A stretch of DNA of 29,124 nt, from assembly GCA_964437305.1 (NCBI GenBank), contig CAYTGK010000002.1, positions 1 to 29,124 of the forward strand, read 5' to 3'. The DNA comes from an uncultured Muribaculaceae bacterium. Its GTDB lineage: Bacteria > Bacillota_I > Bacilli_A > RF39 > UBA660. A model generated the notes under the pieces. That model saw nothing but the letters and a program-made list of their open reading frames with translations. It did not search any database and was not told the origin of the DNA. Positions 16,401 through 25,180 of the stretch are shown here, one piece after another. The translations under genes and the position numbers were made by a program. Within the stretch, counting starts at the first letter, position 1. Each line of letters starts with the position of its first letter.

Positions 16401-17819
16401 ATGATGAGTTATATAGAAAGAATTAAGAAAGATTCTAATGAAGCAGATGATTATATCTATAAAGAAATTAAACTTAAAAATAATATAATTAATATTATTA
16501 ATATAGAAACTATTACTAGTAGTGAAGATATCAATAATTTTATTTTAAAAAGAATTAGTATTTTAGATAATTTAGAAACTGATAGTTTAACTGATTATTT
16601 ATTTAATTATTTACCAGCAACAACTACAGAAGTAATTAAAGATTATGATAAATTAAAATCAAAGTTATTAAATGGGTTTACTATTATAATTGTTAATGAT
16701 AAAAATATTTTAGCTATTGAAACAAGACGTGATTTAACAAGAGGAGTTTCAGAAGCTGAATATGAAAGAACTATTATTGGTCCAAAAGATGCTTTTATTG
16801 AACATTACAATACTAACCTTGGACTTATTAGAAGAAGAATTAAAGATATTAATTTACATATTAAAACGATTGAATTAGGAGTTCATACAAAAACTAAAGT
16901 TGGACTTCTTTATTTAAAAGGAATTGTAAAAGAAGATTTAGTTAATAAAACTTATAAACAACTTAAAAAAATAAATATTGATGGTATCATTGATAGTAAT
17001 TATTTAAAGAAATATTTAAATAATTCTAAAAGTTTATTTCCAACTTTAAAAGCAACGGAACGTCCAGATTTAGCTAGTAGTGCTTTACTTGAAGGAAAAA
17101 TTATATTAATTGTCGATAATAGTCCTGAAGTTTTAATCTTACCTACTTTCTTTATTGATTTTTTTCATACCAGTGATGATTATTACCAAAAACCTCTTAA
17201 TGTAACTTTTATTAGAATTATTCGTATACTTTCTTTTATTATTGCTATTTTTCTTCCTGCTTTTTATGTTGCTTTAACTACGCATAACCCTGATAGTATG
17301 CCAATTAATTTTCTTTTAAGTTTCCAAAGTCAAAGAATGTCCGTTCCTTTTCCTGCTTTTATTGAAGCTATTTTAATGATAATTTCCTTTGAAATTTTAA
17401 GAGAAAGTGATATTAGAATACCATCTTCTATGGGAACAGCTATTTCTATTCTAGGTGGCTTAGTTTTAGGTGAGGCTGCTGTAAATGCTGGAATTGTTTC
17501 ACCTATCATGATTATAGTTGTTGCATTAAGTGCCATAAGTGGTTTATTAGTTCAATCAATTGAAGCTATAAATTCAATTAGATGGTATAGATTTTTAGTT
17601 ATAATACTTGCAAGTATTCTTGGTTATTATGGTATCTTTTTAGGTATTATTCTAATTCTAACCAATTTAGCTGATACTAAAAGTGAAGATAAAGATTATT
17701 TATATCCTTTTGCCCCTATTAACTTTGAAGAACAAAAAGATGGTATTTTAAAAATTAATAATCATAAAGCTAAACTACGTAATCCTATTTTAAGTGATAA
17801 TAAAGTGAGGGGAAAATGA
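16401..17819 (+). CDS. Spore germination receptor A subunit (GerA family)
   Basis: GPKDAFIEHYNTNLGLIRRR, TERPD, VDNSP, VPFPAFIE, FEILRESDIRIP, GGLVLGEAAVNAGIVSP. The second ATG (16404) fits the GGTGAT SD better. Confidence 0.95.
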   Translation: MMSYIERIKKDSNEADDYIYKEIKLKNNIINIINIETITSSEDINNFILKRISILDNLETDSLTDYLFNYLPATTTEVIKDYDKLKSKLLNGFTIIIVNDKNILAIETRRDLTRGVSEAEYERTIIGPKDAFIEHYNTNLGLIRRRIKDINLHIKTIELGVHTKTKVGLLYLKGIVKEDLVNKTYKQLKKINIDGIIDSNYLKKYLNNSKSLFPTLKATERPDLASSALLEGKIILIVDNSPEVLILPTFFIDFFHTSDDYYQKPLNVTFIRIIRILSFIIAIFLPAFYVALTTHNPDSMPINFLLSFQSQRMSVPFPAFIEAILMIISFEILRESDIRIPSSMGTAISILGGLVLGEAAVNAGIVSPIMIIVVALSAISGLLVQSIEAINSIRWYRFLVIILASILGYYGIFLGIILILTNLADTKSEDKDYLYPFAPINFEEQKDGILKINNHKAKLRNPILSDNKVRGK

Positions 17820-18715
17820 AAAAACTATTAATTTTAATTTTAATTTTTATGTTAACTGGTTGTAGTTCTTATATTGAATTAAATGATTTAGCTATTATTA
17901 ATACAATAGGTTTAGAAAAAGAAAACAATATCTATAAATTTTATGCTTCCATTGTAAACATTAAAGATGAAAATACTTTAGAACCTCAAATGGAAACTTA
18001 TGAAATTGAAGGTAAATCTTTAAATGAAATAATTGATAATTTAAGTTTAACTTTAAATAAAAAAATCTATCTATCTCATCTTAATCTATTACTTCTAAAT
18101 GATTCTATCAAAACTCAAGAGTTTGAAGAAATTTTAAACTTTTTTATCAATAACAATGAAACAAGGGAAGACTTTTTAGTTGCTAATACTAATAATATTA
18201 AAGAAATAATTAAAAAAGCAAAATTTCAAGAAATTAATGATTTAGTTAAAAATAGTAACAGAGAAACTAGTAAAACTATTTATACAACTATGTATGATGT
18301 AATAAAAAATTTCTATGATAAAGAAATTATCTATCTTCCAATTTTAAAACTTGAAGATACAATTACTTTAAATGGTTTAAAAGAATTTAAAAATAATACT
18401 TATAAAGAAATTAAAAGTGATGATGTTATTTATCTTAATTATTATTTAAATAATATAGATACTTATAAATATAGTTTTACTTGCAAAGATAATTCTAATA
18501 AATTTTTATATTTAAATATTATAAAAGCAAATGTTACTAACTTAAAGAACAAATTATTAATAACTAATGAAATAAAAGTTATTGCTAATGATTGTAACTA
18601 TTCTAAAGAAGAAATTGAAAACTTATTTAATTCTAATTTACAAACTAATTTAAAAAAATTTACCAAGAAAAAATTAACTATTAAAAATACAATACGAGGT
18701 ACTTATGAAAATTAA
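17816..18715 (+). CDS. Spore germination receptor C subunit, Ger(x)C lipoprotein
   Basis: Lipobox LTG-C, then YIELNDLAII..IGLEK and KIYLSHL motifs. ATGA overlap with the A subunit. Short for the family (299 aa). Confidence 0.85.
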   Translation: MKKLLILILIFMLTGCSSYIELNDLAIINTIGLEKENNIYKFYASIVNIKDENTLEPQMETYEIEGKSLNEIIDNLSLTLNKKIYLSHLNLLLLNDSIKTQEFEEILNFFINNNETREDFLVANTNNIKEIIKKAKFQEINDLVKNSNRETSKTIYTTMYDVIKNFYDKEIIYLPILKLEDTITLNGLKEFKNNTYKEIKSDDVIYLNYYLNNIDTYKYSFTCKDNSNKFLYLNIIKANVTNLKNKLLITNEIKVIANDCNYSKEEIENLFNSNLQTNLKKFTKKKLTIKNTIRGTYEN

Positions 18716-19562
18716 AAAAATTGAAATCAAAATAACTTATTTTATTTTAACTTTAGCAGTATTTTTATTGAATATTAAAAACTTATCTTTTTTAGCTATT
18801 ATAATAGGTAATCTTTTAGCATTCTTATTTATTTTATTATTTGAAAAAACAAATATCTATAAATATAAATTAACTAAATTTATCTTAATGTTAATATCTC
18901 TTATTTTTCTTATTTTCTATCTTAATAAAACAACTTATTTTATAAGTGATAATATCTTAAGAGAATACTCAACTATTAGTATTAGTCTAACTTTACTCTT
19001 TACTATCTTTTTTTTAGGAAATAAAGGGTATCATACCATTATTAAAGTAATTCTTTTAGCAGTATACTTCATAATCTTTTTTTTAATTCTTGGTTTTGCA
19101 ACAACAATTCCTTATTTTGACTTTTCCAATCTTACAACTAAGTTATTTCTTTCTAATACTCTATTTCAGGATAGTCTTTATTATATGTTATTAATAATTT
19201 ATTGTTACTTTTTAATTTATCCTGTTAGTAATACCAAGTTTAAAACTAAAGATTTATTAATAACTACTATTTATCAACTTTTAACTTATTTATTTATTAT
19301 AGGAATTTTATCATTAACTCTAACTAATATCTATGAATATCCATATATAACAATATTTAAGAAAGTTAATTTAATTGGTTTTCTTGAAAGAATAGAAATA
19401 ATACCAGCTCTTAATTATTTATTTTGTTTTTACTTTTTATTAGTACTTTCTTTTTATCAAATTAAAAACTATTTAAAAAGTATATTAAAAGATAAGAATT
19501 TAATTATAGTTCTTATCCTCCTCTTCATATTAATTTTTTTAGTCAGTATGGCTATTCTATAA
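18705..19562 (+). CDS. Spore germination receptor B subunit (GerB/APC-like), shortened
   Basis: Polytopic membrane protein with YEYPYITIFK..NLIGFLERIE (GerB FERIE-type motif); third gene of an A-C-B operon; only 285 aa. Confidence 0.75.
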   Translation: MKIKKIEIKITYFILTLAVFLLNIKNLSFLAIIIGNLLAFLFILLFEKTNIYKYKLTKFILMLISLIFLIFYLNKTTYFISDNILREYSTISISLTLLFTIFFLGNKGYHTIIKVILLAVYFIIFFLILGFATTIPYFDFSNLTTKLFLSNTLFQDSLYYMLLIIYCYFLIYPVSNTKFKTKDLLITTIYQLLTYLFIIGILSLTLTNIYEYPYITIFKKVNLIGFLERIEIIPALNYLFCFYFLLVLSFYQIKNYLKSILKDKNLIIVLILLFILIFLVSMAIL

Positions 19563-20091
19563 CACTACATACTAAACCATTATTTTCATAATAAGCTAAT
19601 TGGTCGTTTATTGGCTTATTTAAACTTTCAACTTCAAGACCTGAATATTCAGAAGCTGAAAAATCAATCGTGATTACTTCTCCATCTTCGACTTCTTTTG
19701 TAATAACTCTAGAATCTTTTTTTAAAGTTTTAAAAAGTTTAGCTAATTCTGTTTCCTCTTCTTCCTCTTCTTTAGGAGTTTCTTCCGTTTCTTTATCTTT
19801 AGGAGTTTCTGGAGTTACTCCTTCATTAGAATTTTCTGGAGGTTTTATTTCTTCTTCTGTTTCCGTTTGAGTAGTCTCATTTACTTTTTTAATAATTATC
19901 ATTTTCACTATACCATTTTCATAACTTGTTCTTGATAAATAGTTATTTGAATCACAACTTAAAGTTTGCCTAACTATTTTTTCTTCTTTTTTTTCTTCAT
20001 CTTTAGCTGGTAATGCTATTCTTAAAAATGGAGGTAAAATAATCAAAAAGATTAATAAAACTATTCCTGCAATACACAAAGACTTTTTCAT
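19552..20091 (-). CDS. Hypothetical membrane-anchored protein with a Glu/Thr/Pro-rich linker, about 179 aa
   Basis: GAGGTGAT SD, N-terminal TM helix, acidic low-complexity middle. A 15-nt direct repeat tctttaggagtttct (19769-83, 19796-810) encodes ETPK twice. Confidence 0.75.
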   Translation of the reverse strand: MKKSLCIAGIVLLIFLIILPPFLRIALPAKDEEKKEEKIVRQTLSCDSNNYLSRTSYENGIVKMIIIKKVNETTQTETEEEIKPPENSNEGVTPETPKDKETEETPKEEEEEETELAKLFKTLKKDSRVITKEVEDGEVITIDFSASEYSGLEVESLNKPINDQLAYYENNGLVCSVIE

Positions 20092-20127
20092 AATCACCTC
20101 TTTATTCTCTATAATCTTATCATATTT

Positions 20128-21237
20128 TTAAGTATTTTTAAAGTTATTTTTTATATATTCTAAAATATCTTTTTGATTATTTTTTAATTTACCTTTTAAT
20201 ATCTCTATTTCTAAATTATTATAAATATCATTTAAAAATGCAGAGGGTTTCTTTTTTAAAATTTTACAAATATCATTAGCTTCAACTAAAATATCAGTTT
20301 TAGACTTTATAGGTAATTTATTATAAGTTTCTGTTATTTCTTTTTTACTAATACCTTTATTAATACCTGCTAAAATATTAACATATAAACCATATTTATA
20401 TAAAACAAAGGGATCTAGATTATTGAGTTCATAAACAATATTAACTTTTTTGATTAACTCTTTTTCATGCTTAGTAAATTTATAATAAGATGAGTTTATC
20501 ATTGCCCAAATACCAATTAAATCAGTATAATCATGAATACGATCCAAATTTTCTAAATCTAAAGCCTCAGCTAAATCTAATTTTTTAATTAAATCTATTC
20601 CTTCTTTAGCCTTAAAGCTTGTAAATATTTTATCAAGTTCAATTTTTTTTCTTTCATAAGATATATTTTTAAGAACTTTTTTATTTTTCTTAATTGCTAA
20701 TATAATATCATCAGATAATTTAAAATCTAAAGTTACAGCAAAGCGAATGGCTCTTAATATTCTTAAAGCATCATCATTAAAACTTTTATCACTTTTAATA
20801 ATAGTTTTAATTATTTTATTTTTTAAATCACAAATACCATTTAAAGGATCAATAATCTTAGAATCTTTATCCATACAAATAGCATTAATAGTAAAATCTC
20901 GTCTTTTTAAATCAATATTTAAATCATTTACATATCTAATACTAGAAGGATGGCGATTATCAAGATAGGACATTTCTTCTCTAAAGGTAGTTACTTCAAA
21001 AATAATATTTTTATAAGTTACTTTAATAGAACCATAATTATCTTCATCTTGAATATTTTTCTTTAATTTAACACTTGAAAATATTTTTTTAATTTCCATT
21101 GGGGTAGCACTAGTTGTAATATCAATATCCATAGATTCAATTCCTAGTAAATAATCTCTAACAAATCCTCCAACAACATATGCCTTAAAGCCAGCATTTT
21201 CAATTATTTTAAGAATTTCTAAAGCAATGTTTTTCAT
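20128..21237 (-). CDS. cca: CCA tRNA nucleotidyltransferase
   Basis: VGGFVRD, DIDITT, EVTTFRE, DLKRRDFTINA, DDALRILRAIRF, ERKKIELDK (class II CCA-adding enzyme). Confidence 0.93.
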   Translation of the reverse strand: MKNIALEILKIIENAGFKAYVVGGFVRDYLLGIESMDIDITTSATPMEIKKIFSSVKLKKNIQDEDNYGSIKVTYKNIIFEVTTFREEMSYLDNRHPSSIRYVNDLNIDLKRRDFTINAICMDKDSKIIDPLNGICDLKNKIIKTIIKSDKSFNDDALRILRAIRFAVTLDFKLSDDIILAIKKNKKVLKNISYERKKIELDKIFTSFKAKEGIDLIKKLDLAEALDLENLDRIHDYTDLIGIWAMINSSYYKFTKHEKELIKKVNIVYELNNLDPFVLYKYGLYVNILAGINKGISKKEITETYNKLPIKSKTDILVEANDICKILKKKPSAFLNDIYNNLEIEILKGKLKNNQKDILEYIKNNFKNT

Positions 21238-21263
21238 AAATCTCCCTTCAAAAAGTGTTAATC

Positions 21264-21295
21264 AAAAAAACTAAAAAGTTTTGAACTTTTTAGTT
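21264..21295 (-). terminator. Intrinsic terminator of hup
   Basis: 12-bp stem aactaaaaagtt (21269-80) / aactttttagtt (21284-95), loop ttg, minus-strand T7 tract. Includes the hup stop codon. Confidence 0.8.
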
Positions 21296-21562
21296 AATTG
21301 TTTGTTTTAATTGAGTTCCAGCTTTAAATGTTACAGCATTACGTGCAGGAATTGAAACTTTTGCTCCTGTTTGAGGATTACGTCCTGTACGAGCTTCTCT
21401 TCTAGAAACACCGAAAGTTCCAAAACCAATTAATGTAATTTTATCGCCTTCCTTTAGTGCATCTGTGATTGCTTCAAATGTTGCATCAATTGCTCTTAAA
21501 GCATCAGCCTTAGTCAATCCAGTTTTTGTAGCAACAGCTTCAACTAATTCAACTTTTTTCAT
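21290..21562 (-). CDS. hup: DNA-binding protein HU
   Basis: MKKVELVEAVA...LIGFGTF...REARTGRNPQTG..IPA...FKAG; 90 aa; AAGGAGG SD. Confidence 0.98.
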   Translation of the reverse strand: MKKVELVEAVATKTGLTKADALRAIDATFEAITDALKEGDKITLIGFGTFGVSRREARTGRNPQTGAKVSIPARNAVTFKAGTQLKQTIN

Positions 21563-21621
21563 TTTGTTTTCCTCCTTTTAATTAGTGAATAATCTTAAGC
21601 ACAAACTATGCTTACATATAC

Positions 21622-21650
21622 AAGTTACCATACTTTTACCCTTAAATCAA
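21622..21650 (-). promoter_or_regulatory. Sigma-A promoter for hup
   Basis: TTGATT (21650-45), 17 nt, TAACTT (21627-22) with an extended -10 TG. Confidence 0.55.
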
Positions 21651-21669
21651 TACTTTTTACTAATTTTTA

Positions 21670-22491
21670 CTAATTAACTTTTTTATTTACCTTTTTTTGA
21701 CTATTTTTCTGGGTTTTAGAGTTATTTTTCTTTGAGTTTCGGTTATTATTATAATTATTATTATAATTATTTTTCTTATTAGTAGTTTTCTTTTTAACAG
21801 GTTTAGGTTTAGTTTCATTTTTTTCTAACATAACATCTTCAATAGCTAAATCAGCATTTTTCTGCTTATCAATATTCTTAATTTCTACTGTCTCATAATC
21901 TTTTTCTTTTAAGATATAGAATATAATTGTTATAATAATTAACATTATAATTGAAACTATAATATTACTTAATAACATATTAATAATAAACATAAAATCA
22001 TTTTCTCTACTTGCAATTAATTCAAAAATTATAGTATTAGAGAACAAAGCTGCTAATAAACCTAAAGCTATTCCTAAGAATTCTTTTTTATATTTCTTGA
22101 AAATATCATAGATATAGATTAATAAGCAATTAGAAGTAATAAAAGCGACAATTGATGCTAATAAATTCATTTCATTTACATCAAATACTTTATTAACATG
22201 AACAGCTAAATCTGGAATTTCAGTTTGAATTCCAAGTCTAACGGCAATGGCATAGCTAATTGTAATAAATATTTGAATTAAAGAAGCAACTAATACCCCT
22301 CTATAGGCTACTTTCTTTCCTCCTAAATTAACCAACATCAGTGTACATAAAAATGTAAATGGAAAAACAAAAACAGAAACAGGTACTGTTAAATCTAAAA
22401 AACTAGTATATTTTACACTTAATAAATTAGATATAACTAGTAAAACAACTAACAAACTACTAAAGAATGTTTTTTTGAACTCTCTACTCAT
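21670..22491 (-). CDS. VUT/YhhQ (queuosine-precursor transporter)-like membrane protein, divergent, with a basic C-terminal tail
   Basis: SNLLSVK, FVFPFTFL, ASIVAF segments and ~6 TMs match the YhhQ/PF02592 pattern. The last ~60 aa are K/N-rich low complexity. AGGAGG SD. Confidence 0.7.
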   Translation of the reverse strand: MSREFKKTFFSSLLVVLLVISNLLSVKYTSFLDLTVPVSVFVFPFTFLCTLMLVNLGGKKVAYRGVLVASLIQIFITISYAIAVRLGIQTEIPDLAVHVNKVFDVNEMNLLASIVAFITSNCLLIYIYDIFKKYKKEFLGIALGLLAALFSNTIIFELIASRENDFMFIINMLLSNIIVSIIMLIIITIIFYILKEKDYETVEIKNIDKQKNADLAIEDVMLEKNETKPKPVKKKTTNKKNNYNNNYNNNRNSKKNNSKTQKNSQKKVNKKVN

Positions 22492-22515
22492 TATATATCC
22501 TCCTATTCTATTAAC

Positions 22516-22544
22516 ATTATATAATAATAAATTATTAAAGTAAA
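22516..22544 (-). promoter_or_regulatory. Sigma-A promoter for the YhhQ-like gene
   Basis: TTTACT (22544-39), 17 nt, TATAAT (22521-16). Confidence 0.6.
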
Positions 22545-22561
22545 GATATTTTAAATTTTTA

Positions 22562-22590
22562 TTGCAAAAAAAATCACCTTTTGATAAAAT
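22562..22590 (+). promoter_or_regulatory. Sigma-A promoter for the small membrane protein
   Basis: TTGCAA (22562-67), 17 nt, TAAAAT (22585-90) with an extended -10 TG at 22582-83. Confidence 0.7.
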
Positions 22591-22613
22591 TATATACGAT
22601 AGGAAGTGGTAAA

Positions 22614-22919
22614 GTGGATGCAGTAATTTTTATTGTTTTATTAGTTGTAGTAATATGCTTTTTCAGAAGTCTTTATAATACAGTTTTTTTTGTTGCAATA
22701 GTTGATATTTTCTTAAGAATTTTAACTTTTATTAAATATAATACTTTTATAGAAGTCAAAGCTTTTTTAGGTAAATACTTTCCTGAAAATATTCCAGCTA
22801 TTATAGGTAAATATGCTAAGGGTAATTTATATTTAATACTTGTTTGGATATATGTTATACTAATGGCTATTTTCTTATACTATATTATTAGATATTTTAT
22901 AAAGAAAAAGAAATTTTAA
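22614..22919 (+). CDS. Hypothetical small membrane protein, about 101 aa
   Basis: GTG at 22614 after AGGAAGTGG. About three hydrophobic helices. Own promoter and terminator. Confidence 0.75.
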   Translation: MDAVIFIVLLVVVICFFRSLYNTVFFVAIVDIFLRILTFIKYNTFIEVKAFLGKYFPENIPAIIGKYAKGNLYLILVWIYVILMAIFLYYIIRYFIKKKKF

Positions 22920-22953
22920 AAAAATAACTCTTAATTTCAAAAGTTATTTTTTT
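22918..22953. terminator. Bidirectional terminator between convergent genes
   Basis: aaaataact (22921-29) / agttatttt (22942-50), with an A-run on the left and a T-run on the right. Confidence 0.65.
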
Positions 22954-22993
22954 ATTTATTATCTTTAACAAAAAGAATTTAATCTTTTGGAAA

Positions 22994-23710
22994 TTATATC
23001 TCTATTCCAAAAAATCTCGTAGCTATTTGATTTCTGCCTGGATAATCATTATCTTCGATAGCTTTTATTAATTTATCACGATTATAAGTAATTACTTTTC
23101 TTAATACAGTTATTTCCGTTTTAAATTCTATAATAGTATAACTAGTTATATTTCTTTTAACACAACCAGAACTACCAATTCCAAATAATTTAGATTCTCC
23201 AAATTCATAATCAAAACCAGTATGTTCATGACCAACAAAAATATAATCTGCATCAGATTTCTTAACAACATCCCCTAAACAATCTTTTAAAGTTGTAAGT
23301 AAATTTAAACTATAATAAGGATATTTCATATTTTTATCCTTTATTAAAAAATGCATAAACTTAACTTTATTTATACCATATTTACATTCAATAAATAAAG
23401 GACATTTTTCTAAAAATTTCTTTTCAACTTCAGTTAGAGTACTTGCAATATAATCATAATGTTTTTTATCTTCTAGGGTAATATTATAATCAATTTCTGT
23501 TCCAAATAAATAACATAGTTCATGATTACCAAGGATTAATTTTATATTATTATTGATTATTAAATCTAAACATTCTTTACTTTCTGGTCCTAAACCTATA
23601 ACATCTCCTAAACAAATTATTTCATCTATATTTTCTTTTGCTATATCTTTTAATATTTCTTTTAATGCTTCTAAATTACCATGAATATCTGAAAAAACAG
23701 CTATTCGCAT
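22994..23710 (-). CDS. Calcineurin-like metallophosphoesterase
   Basis: SDIHGN, LGDVIG, GNHE, H, GHEH metal-binding motifs. Confidence 0.9.
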   Translation of the reverse strand: MRIAVFSDIHGNLEALKEILKDIAKENIDEIICLGDVIGLGPESKECLDLIINNNIKLILGNHELCYLFGTEIDYNITLEDKKHYDYIASTLTEVEKKFLEKCPLFIECKYGINKVKFMHFLIKDKNMKYPYYSLNLLTTLKDCLGDVVKKSDADYIFVGHEHTGFDYEFGESKLFGIGSSGCVKRNITSYTIIEFKTEITVLRKVITYNRDKLIKAIEDNDYPGRNQIATRFFGIEI

Positions 23711-23732
23711 ACTACCACCTCGAATGGTTATT

Positions 23733-23761
23733 ATTTTAGACTAAATTACTAATTAATTCAA
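23733..23761 (-). promoter_or_regulatory. Sigma-A promoter for the metallophosphoesterase
   Basis: TTGAAT (23761-56), 17 nt, TAAAAT (23738-33). Confidence 0.65.
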
Positions 23762-23794
23762 GCTTTTTCTAAAAATACCTTTAAATTTAAATTA

Positions 23795-25180
23795 CTATTT
23801 TATACTTGGTAAAGAAGCAGCAGCTACTGATTGTCCTACTCGCCTACTTGCTTCATCGGGTAAATGAATAGTTATTTTCTTGGCTAAATCTGGAAATTCT
23901 TCTTTTAATACTTGAGAGGCTACTTTTTCAATAATTTCTCCGCCTTTACCAGACGTTACTCTTCCCATTAATAAAATATGTTCTAAATTATAAAATTCAT
24001 TGTAATAAGGAATTGCATAACCTAAATAACAGCCTATATTCTCATATATTTTAATAGCTTGAGTATCATCTTGTTCCATTAAATCTTGAATAACTTTTAA
24101 TTTCTCTGCTGGAGTTTTATCATTAGACAATTCAATCCCAGCTAAACTTGCTAATTTAATAACTGCATCTTGAGAAAAATATTTAACTCCACAACCATAA
24201 TCTCCTGACCATTCATCAATCATAGCTTCTTTATTATAATCAACTGGTACAAAAGCTAATTCATTTAACCAACCAGTAATATTTCCATTCTTATCTATAA
24301 AACCACCAGCTTCACTAGTTCCCATTGCAATTCCAAGTAAGGAATTAACATTCATAGAAATAGCACCAGCTAAAGCTGTAACATCTCCATCATTTGCAAC
24401 TTCAATAGGAATTTCATAACCAAGTTCCTTACTTAATTTAGAAGCAGCATCTAAATAAATTGATTTAACATATTTTTCAAAATCATCTTCATTTACTTTT
24501 AAAAATAAAGAGGAAACCATTAATTTATTAGCAATACAAACTCCTGCCGTTGAAACACCAATTGCATCAACATGATTAAGCTTTGAAGCAGCTGTTTTGA
24601 AAGCTTTATAAATTTCTTCAAAATGATATTTAGGATCTGAATTTAATTTAGGAGACCAAATAACTTCTTCAGAATAAACTGATTTTCCATTAATAACAGC
24701 TGATACTTTGCGATCACTTCCACCAGCATCAAAACCAATTCGTTCTCCTTCTAAGTTCCGACCTATAGAAATTGCCGATTCAAAACTTTTAGGAGCCTTT
24801 TCAAGCGAAGTATTTAAAACTTCAAATGGCCTTTCATATACTCCTTCCATAAATTTAATATCAAATTCGCGTTTACCACCTATTTTATAATCAGCTTTAA
24901 TTTTTTCATAAATAAATGGGGAGCCAGAAATAATAATTTTAAAACCTCCTGCAATCCAAAGTAAAGATTTAACAACTCGGGATACTAATTGATAATTAAA
25001 TTCATCATCAATTCCTTTTTTTAAAACACGCATTTTATAAGTTGTAATATTTTTATTATTTCTTTCAATTCCAATTATTAAGTCTTCTCCCTTATCTTGA
25101 GCTTTTTCACGCATTTCTCGAAGTTTTATACTTAAGGGTTCAAAGTTTTTATCTAAAACTGATTCTACTTTAAGCTTCAT
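23795..25180 (-). CDS. ROK-family sugar kinase, atypical long form (461 aa); candidate GlcNAc kinase
   Basis: GFDAGGSD (phosphate-1 loop), NDGDVTALAG, GTSEAGG, NELAF. Extra ~140-aa N-terminal region. Start overlaps the nagA end. Confidence 0.8.
   Translation of the reverse strand: MKLKVESVLDKNFEPLSIKLREMREKAQDKGEDLIIGIERNNKNITTYKMRVLKKGIDDEFNYQLVSRVVKSLLWIAGGFKIIISGSPFIYEKIKADYKIGGKREFDIKFMEGVYERPFEVLNTSLEKAPKSFESAISIGRNLEGERIGFDAGGSDRKVSAVINGKSVYSEEVIWSPKLNSDPKYHFEEIYKAFKTAASKLNHVDAIGVSTAGVCIANKLMVSSLFLKVNEDDFEKYVKSIYLDAASKLSKELGYEIPIEVANDGDVTALAGAISMNVNSLLGIAMGTSEAGGFIDKNGNITGWLNELAFVPVDYNKEAMIDEWSGDYGCGVKYFSQDAVIKLASLAGIELSNDKTPAEKLKVIQDLMEQDDTQAIKIYENIGCYLGYAIPYYNEFYNLEHILLMGRVTSGKGGEIIEKVASQVLKEEFPDLAKKITIHLPDEASRRVGQSVAAASLPSIK

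Noticed and set aside
22492-22560. preQ1 riboswitch upstream of the YhhQ-like gene
   Set aside because: The promoter is ~25 nt from the start; no room and no aptamer motif.
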